Below, piece after piece: positions 1-9,700 of a DNA stretch of 64,000 bases. Position 1 is the stretch's first letter, and each line of letters opens with the position of its first letter. The DNA lies in NCBI GenBank assembly GCA_964016885.1, contig OZ024741.1:408084001-408148000 (forward strand), read 5' to 3'. The notes beneath the pieces were generated by a model, which saw only the letters and a list, made by a program, of their open reading frames with translations, had not been told where the DNA came from and did no database searches. Both the position numbers and the translations under genes were made by a program. This stretch comes from Eledone cirrhosa (taxonomy: Eukaryota).

Positions 1-3000
1 TCTGACATCTGGTGACAACAACAACGGTAACAATATAACATAGGTCATTTCATAGCTGACTTCTGGTGACAACAACAACGGTAACAATATAACATAGGTA
101 ATCTCATAGCTGCCTTCTGGTGACAACAACAACGGTAACAATATAACATAGGTCATCACATAGCTGACTTCTGGTGACAACAACAACAACAATATAGCAT
201 AGATCATCTCATAGCTGACATCTGGTGACAACAACAACGGTAACAATATAAAATAGGTCATCCCATAGCTGACTTCTGGTGACAACAACAACGGTAACAA
301 TATAAAATAGGTCATCACATAGCTGACTTCTGGTGACAACAACAACGACAATATAGAATAGGTCATCTCATAGCTGACTTCTGGTGACAATAACAACGGT
401 AACAATCTAAAATAGGTCATCACATAGCTGACTTCTGGTGACAACAACAACAACAATATAACATAGGTCATCACATAGCTGACTTCTGGTGACAACAAAA
501 ACAACAATATAACATAGGTCATCACATAGCTGACTTCTGGTGACAACAACAACAATATAGCATAGGTCATCTCATAGCTGAATTCTGGTGACAACAACAA
601 CGATAACAATATAACATAGGTCATCACATAGCTGACTTCTGGTGACAACAACAACGGTAACAATATAACATAGGTCATCTCATAGCTGACTTCTGGTGAA
701 AACAACGACAACAATATAACATACGTCATCACATAGCTGACTTCTGGTGACAACAACAAAGGTAACAACATAACATAGGTCATCTCATAGCTGACTTCTG
801 GTGACAACAACAACGGTAACAATATAACATAGGTCATCTCATAGCTGACTTCTGGTGAAAACAACAACAACAATATAATATAGGTCATCTCATAGCTGAT
901 TTCTGGTGACAACAACAAAGGTAACAATATAACATAGGTCATCACATAGCTGACTTCTGGTGACAACAACAACGGTAACAATATAACATAGGTCATCAGA
1001 TAGCTGACTTCTGGTGACAACAACAACGGTAACAATATAACATAGGTCATCACATAGCTGACTTCTGGTGACAACAACAACGGTAACAGTATAACATAGG
1101 ACATCACATAGCTGACTTCTGGTGACAACAGCAACGGTAACAATATAACATAGGTCATCACATAGCTGACTTCTGGTGACAACAACAACGGTAACAATAT
1201 AACATAGGTCATCACTTAGCTGACTTCTGGTGACAACAACAACGGTAACAATATAACATAGGTCATCTCATAGCTGACTTCTGCTGATAACAACAACGGT
1301 AACAATATAACATAGGTCATCACATAGCTGACTTCTGGTGACAACAACAATGGTAACAATATAACATAGGTCATCACATAGCTGACTTCTGCTGACAACA
1401 ACAACGGTAACAATATAACATAGGTCATCACTTAGCTGACTTCTGGTGACAACAACAACGGTAACAATATAACATAGGTCATCTCATAGCTGACTTCTGC
1501 TGACAACAACAACGGTAACAATATAACATAGGTCATCACATAGCTGACTTCTGGTGACAACAACAATGGTAACAATATAACATAGGTCATCACATAGCTG
1601 ACTTCTGCTGACAACAACAACGGTAACAATATAACATAGGTCATCACATAGCTGACTTCTGGTGACAACAACAATGGTAACAATATAACATAGGTCATCT
1701 CATAGCTGACTTCTGCTGACAACAACAACGGTAACAATATAACATAGGTCATCACATAGCTGACTTCTGGTGACAACAACAACAACAACAATATAACATA
1801 GATCATCACATAGCTGACTTCTGGCGACAACAACAACAGCGGTAACAATATAACATAGGTCATCCCATAGCTGACTTCTGGTGACAACAACAACAACAAT
1901 ATAACATAGGTCATCACATAGCTGACTTCTGGTGACAACAACGGTAACAATATAACATAGGTCATCTCATAGTTTACTTCTGGCGACAACAACAACGGTA
2001 ACAATATAACATAGGTCATCACATAGCTGACTTCTGCTGACAACAACAACAACAATATTGCATAGGTCATCTCATAGTTGACTTCTGGTGACAACAACAA
2101 CGGTAACAATATAACATAGGTCATCTCATAGATGACTTCTGGTGACAACAACAACAACAATATAGCATAGGACATCTCATAGCTGACTTCTGGTGACAAC
2201 AACAACGGTAACAATATAACATAGGTCATCACATAGCTGATTTCTGGTGACAACAACAACGGTAACAATATACATAGGACATCGCATATCTGACATCTGG
2301 TGACAACAACAACGGTAACAATATAACATAGGTCATTTCATAGCTGACTTCTGGTGACAACAACAACGGTAACAATATAACATAGGTAATCTCATAGCTG
2401 CCTTCTGGTGACAACAACAACGGTAACAATATAACATAGGTCATCACATAGCTGACTTCTGGTGACAACAACAACAACAATATAGCATAGATCATCTCAT
2501 AGCTGACATCTGGTGACAACAACAACGGTAACAATATAAAATAGGTCATCCCATAGCTGACTTCTGGTGACAACAACAACGGTAACAATATAAAATAGGT
2601 CATCACATAGCTGACTTCTGGTGACAACAACAACGACAATATAGAATAGGTCATCTCATAGCTGACTTCTGGTGACAATAACAACGGTAACAATCTAAAA
2701 TAGGTCATCACATAGCTGACTTCTGGTGACAACAAAAACAACAATATAACATAGGTCATCACATAGCTGACTTCTGGTGACAACAACAACAACAATATAA
2801 CATAGGTCATCACATAGCTGACTTCTGGTGACAACAACAACAATATAGCATAGGTCATCTCATAGCTGAATTCTGGTGACAACAACAACGGTAACAATAT
2901 AACATAGGTCATCACATAGCTGACTTCTGGTGACAACAACAACGGTAACAATATAACATAGGTCATCTCATAGCTGACTTCTGGTGAAAACAACGACAAC

Positions 3001-3500
3001 AATATAACATACGTCATCACATAGCTGACTTCTGGTGACAACAACAAAGGTAACAACATAACATAGGTCATCTCATAGCTGACTTCTGGTGACAACAACA
3101 ACGGTAACAATATAACATAGGTCATCTCATAGCTGACGTCTGGTGAAAACAACAACAACAATATAATATAGGTCATCTCATAGCTGATTTCTGGTGACAA
3201 CAACAAAGGTAACAATATAACATAGGTCATCACATAGCTGACTTCTGGTGACAACAACAACGGTAACAATATAACATAGGTCATCAGATAGCTGACTTCT
3301 GGTGACAACAACAACGGTAACAATATAACATAGGTCATCACATAGCTGACTTCTGGTGACAACAACAACGGTAACAGTATAACATAGGACATCACATAGC
3401 TGACTTCTGGTGACAACAGCAACGGTAACAATATAACATAGGTCATCACATAGCTGACTTCTGGTGACAACAACAACGGTAACAATATAACATAGGTCAT
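1..3500. repeat. Higher-order duplication in satellite A, period 2288 bp (about 43 monomers)
   Basis: Rare variants recur at the same 2288-bp offset: TCTGACATCTGG 1/2289, ATAGAATA 353/2641, CAATCTAA 403/2691, CAGT (in GTAACAGT) 1087/3375. Confidence 0.9.
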
Positions 3501-5920
3501 CACTTAGCTGACTTCTGGTGACAACAACAACGGTAACAATATAACATAGGTCATCTCATAGCTGACTTCTGCTGACAACAACAACGGTAACAATATAACA
3601 TAGGTCATCACATAGCTGACTTCTGGTGACAACAACAATGGTAACAATATAACATAGGTCATCACATAGCTGACTTCTGCTGACAACAACTACGGTAACA
3701 ATATAACATAGGTCATCACTTAGCTGACTTCTGGTGACAACAACAACGGTAACAATATAACATAGGTCATCTCATAGCTGACTTCTGGTGACAACAACAA
3801 CGGTAACAATATAACATAGGTCATCACATAGCTGACTTCTGGTGACAACAACAATGGTAACAATATAACATAGGTCATCACATAGCTGACTTCTGCTGAC
3901 AACAACAACGGTAACAATATAACATAGGTCATCACATAGCTGACTTCTGGTGACAACAACAATGGTAACAATATAACATAGGTCATCTCATAGCTGACTT
4001 CTGCTGACAACAACAACGGTAACAATATAACATAGGTCATCACATAGCTGACTTCTGGTGACAACAACAACGGTAACAATATAACATAGGTCATCACTTA
4101 GCTGACTTCTGGTGACAACAACAACGGTAACAATATAACATAGGTCATCACTTAGCTGACTTCTGGTGACAACAACGGTAACAATATAAAGTAGCTCATC
4201 TCATAGCTGACTTCTGGTGACAACAACAACAACAATATAACATAGGTCATCACATAGCTGACTTCTGGTGACAACAACAACAACAACAATATAACATAGA
4301 TCATCACATAGCTGACTTCTGGCGACAACAACAACAGCGGTAACAATATAACATAGGTCATCCCATAGCTGACTTCTGGTGACAACAACAACAACAATAT
4401 AACATAGGTCATCACATAGCTGACTTCTGGTGACAACAACGGAAACAATATAACATAGGTCATCTCATAGTTTACTTCTGGTGACAATAACAACGTTAAC
4501 AATATAACATACGTCATCACATAGCTGACTTCTGGTGACTGCAACAACAACAATATAACATAGGTCATCACTTAGCTGACTTCTGGAGACAACAACGGTA
4601 ACAATATAACATAGGTCATCTCATAGTTTACTTCTGGTGACAATAACAACGTTAACAATATAACATAGGTCATCACATAGCTGACTTCTGGTGACAACAA
4701 CAACAACAATATAACATAGGTCATCACTTAGCTGACTTCTGGAGACAACAACGGTAACAATATAACATAGGTCATCTCATAGTTTACTTCTGGTGACAAT
4801 AACAACGTTAACAATATAACATAGGTCATCACATAGCTGACTTCTGGTGACAACAACAACAACAATATAACATAGGTCATCACATAGCTGACTTCTGGTG
4901 ACAACAACGGTAACAATATAACATAGGTCATCTCATAGTTTACTTCTGGTGACAATAACAACGTTAACAATATAACATAGGTCATCACATAGCTGACTTC
5001 TGGTGACAACAACAACGGTAACACTATAACATAGGTCATCACTTAGCTGACTTCTGGTGACAATAACAACGTTAACACTATAACATAGGTCATCACTTAG
5101 CTGACTTCTGGAGACAACAACGGGAACAATATAACATAGGTCATCTCGTAGCTGACTTCTGGTGACAACAACAACAACAATATAACATAGGTCATCACTT
5201 AGCTGACTTCTGGTGACAACAACGGTAACAATATAACATAGGTCATCTCATAGCTGACTTCTGTTGACAACAACAACAACAATATAACATAGGTCATCAC
5301 ATAGCTGACTTCTGGTGACAACAATAACGGTAACAAGATAACATAGGTCATCGCATAGCTGACTTCTGGTGACAACAACAACGGTAACACTATAACATAG
5401 GTCATCACTTAGCTGACTTCTGGTGACAATAACAACGTTAACAATATAACATAGGACATCTCATAGCTGACTTCTGGTGACAACAGCGGTAACAATATAA
5501 CATAGGTCATCGCATAGCTGACTTCTGTTGACAACAACAACAACAATATAACATAGGTCATCACTTAGCTGACTTCTGGTGACAACAACAACGGTAACAA
5601 TATAACATATGTTATCTCATAGCTGACTTCTGGTGACAACAACAACGGTAACAATGTAACATAGGTCATCACATAGCTGACTTCTGTTGACAACAACAAC
5701 AACAATATAACATAGGTCATCACTTAGCTGACTTCTGGTGACAACAACAACGGTAACAATATAACATATGTTATCACATAGCTGACTTCTGGTGACAACA
5801 ACAACGGTAACAATATAACATAGGTCATCTTATAGGTTTCTTCTGGTGACAACAACAACGGTAACAATATAACATAGGTCATCTTATAGGTTTCTTCTGG
5901 TGACAATAACAACAACAACT
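1..5920. repeat. Satellite A: tandem array of a 54-bp monomer (48/51/57-bp variants), about 110 copies, truncated by the left window edge
   Basis: Consensus CTGACTTCTGGTGACAACAACAACGGTAACAATATAACATAGGTCATCACATAG repeats head-to-tail with no unique spacers. Length variants are 3-bp gains or losses in the AAC/GGT triplet tract. The last two units (~5820-5910) carry a divergent CTTATAGGTTTCTTCTGG variant before the array decays. Confidence 0.98.
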
Positions 5921-5936
5921 ATAACAATACACACTC

Positions 5937-6080
5937 ATAATAATTGTTTCTACTTTCGGAACAAGGCCAGCAATTACTCCAGTACATTACTGGTACTTTA
6001 TTTCATCGATCCCGTAAGGATGAAAGGCAAAGTTAACCTCGGCGGTATTTGAAGTAAGGTCACAAAGGACGTAACTCTGC
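5937..6080 (-). mobile_element. Degenerate tRNA-derived SINE (octopus-type, conserved central domain), 5'-eroded and internally deleted
   Basis: The minus strand reads CTTCAAATACCGCCGAGGTTAACTTTGCCTTTCATCCTTACGGGATCGATGAAATAAAGTACCAGTAATGTACTGGAGTAATTGCTGGCCTTGTTCCGAAAGTAGAAACAATTATTAT. This has a B-box-like TTCAAAT, a GCCTTTCATCCTT..GGG.TCGAT.AAAT.AGTACCAG core of the kind shared by metazoan SINE central domains, and a 3' end plus (ATT)n tail matching my recollection of the abundant Octopus SINE. No database search was run. Confidence 0.82.
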
Positions 6081-6108
6081 TAGAAAAATGATATCGTGGC
6101 AATACCTT

Positions 6109-6114
6109 TTTATT
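6109..6114 (-). promoter_or_regulatory. Polyadenylation signal (AATAAA) at the retroelement 3' end
   Basis: Plus-strand TTTATT at 6109-6114 lies about 140 nt downstream of the inferred stop and is followed by two more As on the minus strand. Confidence 0.5.
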
Positions 6115-6252
6115 AAATGAAAAAAAAATCATGAACAAATCTATTTCAAATAACACTACAATTATTTAAAAACGGTAAATGAAGGAAACAGCAGGGGTTC
6201 TAGGCCCACAGAAGAATGGAAGGGGGAATGTGGAGGGTGATGGACTCTAGGC

Positions 6253-6455
6253 CTAGGGCGCGGTGCTTTTGGAGCTGCGCCCCACGGACAGGACCGTTGC
6301 CAGCGACACACGCTACAACAGCCACCCCACGTGCGGGGCTCCGTCATCAGACGGACTGATGACGTTCTGATCTTGCGGAGGAGCTCGGCAGTACGGGTTC
6401 TAAGCACGTCTGAGGTCTCGGCCGTGACCGGTACGAAGAGGAAACGGCCGGACAA
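6253..6455 (-). pseudogene. Disrupted C-terminal restriction-like endonuclease region of a CRE-like retrotransposon ORF
   Basis: Translation gives LSGRFLFVPVTAETSDVLRTRTAELLRKIRTSSVRLMTEPR (6455-6333). After a frameshift near 6332 it continues VGWLL*RVSLATVLSVGRSSKSTAP* (6330-6253). This follows the recalled family pattern L..Y.F.P.A.ET.G..G....L..(I/L)G......EPR...(W/F)L.QR.S.A..RGNA.S, with Q mutated to stop (TAG 6315-6313) and the RGNA segment missing. Confidence 0.72.
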
Positions 6456-6590
6456 TCATGTAGAGGCTTTCATATCGTTGTAGGGTCATGACAACATAAG
6501 AATCGATGATATTTGAGAAATATTGTATAAATGTGGGTTTGATATGTGATATTTTCATGAGTGAATAGCTTAAATGTCTGGTCTGGGGGG

Positions 6591-6646
6591 ATGTCTGTGT
6601 GTGTGGTGTTTGTATGTGTATAAACGTGTATGTGTGAGTGTGTGGT
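6591..6646 (+). repeat. Degenerate (TG)n dinucleotide microsatellite
   Basis: ATGTCTGTGTGTGTGGTGTTTGTATGTGTATAAACGTGTATGTGTGAGTGTGTGGT. Confidence 0.75.
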
Positions 6647-6656
6647 GGGGAAGAGT

Positions 6657-6744
6657 GTCTGGCTGCTTGTTTGTTTGGCTTGTTGGTCGTCCGTTTGACT
6701 GGCTGTGAGCCTGGAGGGCTTGCTGGCTTCTTGGGTGGATGGCT
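6657..6744 (+). repeat. Degenerate tetranucleotide microsatellite (GGCT/GTTT-like) leading into satellite B
   Basis: From 6661 the sequence parses as GGCT GCTT GTTT GTTT GGCT TGTT GGTC GTCC GTTT GACT GGCT GTGA GCCT GGAG GGCT TGCT GGCT TCTT GGGT GGAT GGCT. Confidence 0.8.
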
Positions 6745-9700
6745 GGGTTAATGGAAGGTTAGAAGGTGTGTTGGGCGGAAGGCAGGGTAACTGGAAGGTT
6801 AACAGGTTTATTGAGTGGATGGCTGAGTAACTAGAAGGTTAGCAGGTTGTTGGGTGGATGGCTGGGTAACTGGAAGTTTAACAGGGTTGTTGGGCGGATG
6901 GCTGGGTAACTGGAAGGTTAGCAGGTTTGTTGGGTGGATGGCTGGGTACTGGAAGGTTAGCAGGTTTGTGTGGTAGATGGCTGGGTACTGGATGGTTAGC
7001 AGGTTTGTTGGGTGGATGGCTGGGTAACTGGAAGGTTAGAAGGTTTATTGGGTGGATCTCTGAGTAACTGGAACTTAGCAGGTTTGTTGGGTGGATGGCT
7101 GGGTAACTGGAAGGTTAACAGGTTTGTTGGGAGGGTGGCTGGGTAACTGGAAGGTTAGTGGGTTTGTTGGGTGGATGGCTGAGTAACTGGAAGGTGAGCA
7201 GATATGTTGGGTGGATGGCTGGGTAACTGGAAGGTTAACAGGTCTGTTGGGTAGAATGCTTGGTAACTGGAAAGATAACAGGTTTGTTGAGTGGATGGCT
7301 GAGTAACTGGAAGGTAAACAGGTTTGTTGGGTGGATGGCTGGGTAACTGGCAGGTTAGCAGGTTTGTTGGGTGGATGGCTGGGTAACTGGAAGGTTAGCA
7401 GGTTTGTTGGGTGGATGGCTGGGTAACTGGAGGTTAGAAGGTATGTTGGGTGAATGGCTGGGTAACTGGAAGGTGAGCAGGTTTGTTAGGTGAATGGTGG
7501 GGGTAACTGGAAGGTTAGCAGGTTTGTTGGGTGAATGGTTGGGTAACTGGAAGGTTAGCAGGTTTGTTGGATGGATGGCTGGGTAACTGGAAGGTTAACA
7601 GATTTGATGGGTGGATGGCTGGGTAACTGGAAGCTTAGAAGGTTTGGTGGGTGGATGGCTGGGTAACTGGAAGGTTAGCAGGTTTGTTGGGTGGATGGCT
7701 GTGTAACTGGAAGGTTAGCAGGTTTGTTGGGTGGATGGCTGGGTAACTGGAAGGTTAGAAGGTTTGTTGGGTGGATGGCTGGGTAACTGGAAGGTTAGCA
7801 GGTTTGATGGGTGGATGGATGGGTAACTGGAAGGTTAGAAGGTTTGTTGGGTGGATGGCTGGGTAACTAGAAGGTTAGCAGGTTTGTTGGGTGGATGGCT
7901 GGGTAACTGGAAGGTTAGCAGGTAAGTTGGGTGGATGGCTGGGTAACTGGAAGTTTAACAGGGTTGTTGGGCGGAAGGCTGGGTAACTGGAAGGTTAGCA
8001 GGTTTGTTGGGTGGATGGCTGGGTGACTGGAAGGTTAACAGGGTTGTTGGGCGGATGGCTGGGTACTGGAAGGTTAGCAGGTTTGTGTGGTAGATGGCTG
8101 GGTACTGGATGGTTAGCAGGTTTGTTGGGTGGATGGCTGGGTAACTGGAAGGTTAGAAGGTTTATTGGGTGGATCTCTGAGTAACTGGAACTTAGCAGGT
8201 TTGTTGGGTGGATGGCTGGGTAACTGGAAGGTTAACAGGTTTGTTGGGAGGGTGGCTGGGTAACTGGAAGGTTAGCGGGTTTGTTGGGTGGATGGCTGAG
8301 TAACTGGAAGGTGAGCAGATATGTTGGGTGGATGGCTGGGTAACTGGAAGGTTAACAGGACTGTTGGGTAGAATGCTTGGTAACTGGAAAGATAACAGGT
8401 TTGTTGAGTGGATGGCTGAGTAACTGGAAGGTAAACAGGTTTGTTGGGTGGATGGCTGGGTAACTGGAAGTTTAGCAGGTTTGTTGGGTGGATGGCTGGG
8501 TAACTGGAAGGTTAGCAGGTTTGTTGGGTGGATGGCTGGGTAACTGGAGGTTAGAAGGTATGTTGGGTGAATGGCTGGGTAACTGGAAGGTGAGAAGGTT
8601 TGTTAGGTGAATGGTGGGGGTAACTGGAAGGTTAGCAGGTTTGTTGGGTGAATGGTTGGGTAACTGGAAGGTTAGCAGGTTTGTTGGATGGATGGCTGGG
8701 TAACTGGAAGGTTAGAAGGTTTGTTGGGTGAATGGCTGGGTAACTGGAAGGTTAACAGATTTGATGTGTGGATGGCTGGGTAACTGGAAGCTTAGAAGGT
8801 TTGTTGGGTGGATGGCTGGGTAACTGGAAGGTTAGCAGGTTTGTTGGGTGGATGGCTGTGTAACTGGAAGGTTAGCAGGTTTGTTGGGTGGATGGCTGGG
8901 TAACTGGAAGGTTAGAAGTTTTGTTGGGTGGATGGCTGGGTAACTGGAAGGTTAGCAGGTTTGTTGGGGGGATGGCTGGGTAACTGGAAGGTTAGAAGGT
9001 TTGTTGGGTGGATGGCTGGGTAACTAGAAGGTTAGCAGGTTTGTTGGGTGGATGGCTGGATAACTGGAAGGTTAGCAGGTAAGTTGGGTGGATGGCTGGG
9101 TAACTGGAAGGTCAGCAGGTGTGTTGGGTGGATTACTGTGTAACTGGAAGGTTAGCAGGTTTGTTGGGTGGATGGCTGGGTAACTGGAAGGTTAGAAGGT
9201 TTGTTGGGTGGATGGCTGGGTAACTGGAAGGTTAGCAGGTTTGTTGGGTGGATGGCTCGGTAACTGGAAGGTTAGAAGGTTTGTTGGGTGGATGGCTGGG
9301 TAACTAGAAGGTTAGCAGGTTTGTTGGGTGAATGGCTGGGTAACTGGAAGGTTAGCAGGTTTGTTGGGTGGATGGCTGGGTAACTGGAAGGTTAGAAGGT
9401 TTGTAGGGTGGATGCCTGGGTAACTGGAAGGTTAGCAGGTTTGTTGGGTGGATGGCTGGGTAACTGGAAGGTTAGCAGGTTTGTTGGGTGGATGGCTGGG
9501 TAACTGGAAGGTTAGAAGGTTTGTTGGGTGGATGGCTGGGTAACTGGAAGGTTAGCAGGTGTGTTGGGTGGATGGCTGGGTATTTGGAAGGTTAACAGGG
9601 TTGTTGGGCGGATGGCTGGGTAACTGGAAGGTTAGCAGGTTTGTTGGGTGGATGGCTGAGTAACTGAAACTTAGCGTGTTTGTTGGGTGGGTGGCTGGGT

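Larger units (their letters stand above)
6107..6471 (-). mobile_element. 5'-truncated 3' fragment of a CRE-like (RLE-class) non-LTR retrotransposon: end of ORF, 3' UTR and AATAAAAA end
   Basis: A GC-rich coding remnant (6455 to 6253) is followed by a pyrimidine- then T-rich UTR ending in AATAAAAA (6114 to 6107). ATATCGT at 6091-6097 and 6472-6478 is a possible target-site duplication. Confidence 0.72.

Noticed and set aside
1216-5918. Minus-strand ORFs of 61-424 aa as genuine membrane-protein genes
   Set aside because: They are pure translations of the 54-bp repeat with no unique termini, recurrent in-frame stops and a frameshift. Triplet slippage explains the open frame.
6253-6288. Plus-strand peptide LGRGAFGAAPHG resembling a kinase glycine-rich loop
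   Set aside because: It lacks the conserved Val and downstream VAxK, has no start codon or convincing splice acceptor, and overlaps the minus-strand retroelement remnant. It is probably chance.
6349-6418. Box C/D snoRNA (TGATGA, CTGA, CTGA with short AGAC/GTCT stem)
   Set aside because: Box C lacks the leading purine and is buried in a 9-bp hairpin, I recognise no rRNA guide, and the region is better explained as the antisense of the retroelement ORF.
6162-6455. 97-aa ORF as an intact gene
   Set aside because: It starts at TTG right after a stop. Only the first 41 codons resemble the retrotransposon protein, and the rest is out-of-frame sequence and UTR.
6342-6455. Hammerhead ribozyme (CTGATGA ... 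GAAAC)
   Set aside because: CTGATGA (6356-6362) and GAAAC (6441-6445) are not joined by a proper stem II, and there is no NUH site with a stem I partner (GTG and GGA are found instead).
6168-6455. Pol III ncRNA (7SK, 7SL, RNase P/MRP or telomerase RNA) ending at the minus-strand T5 run
   Set aside because: The length is compatible, but I found none of the diagnostic motifs or a CTAACCCT template.
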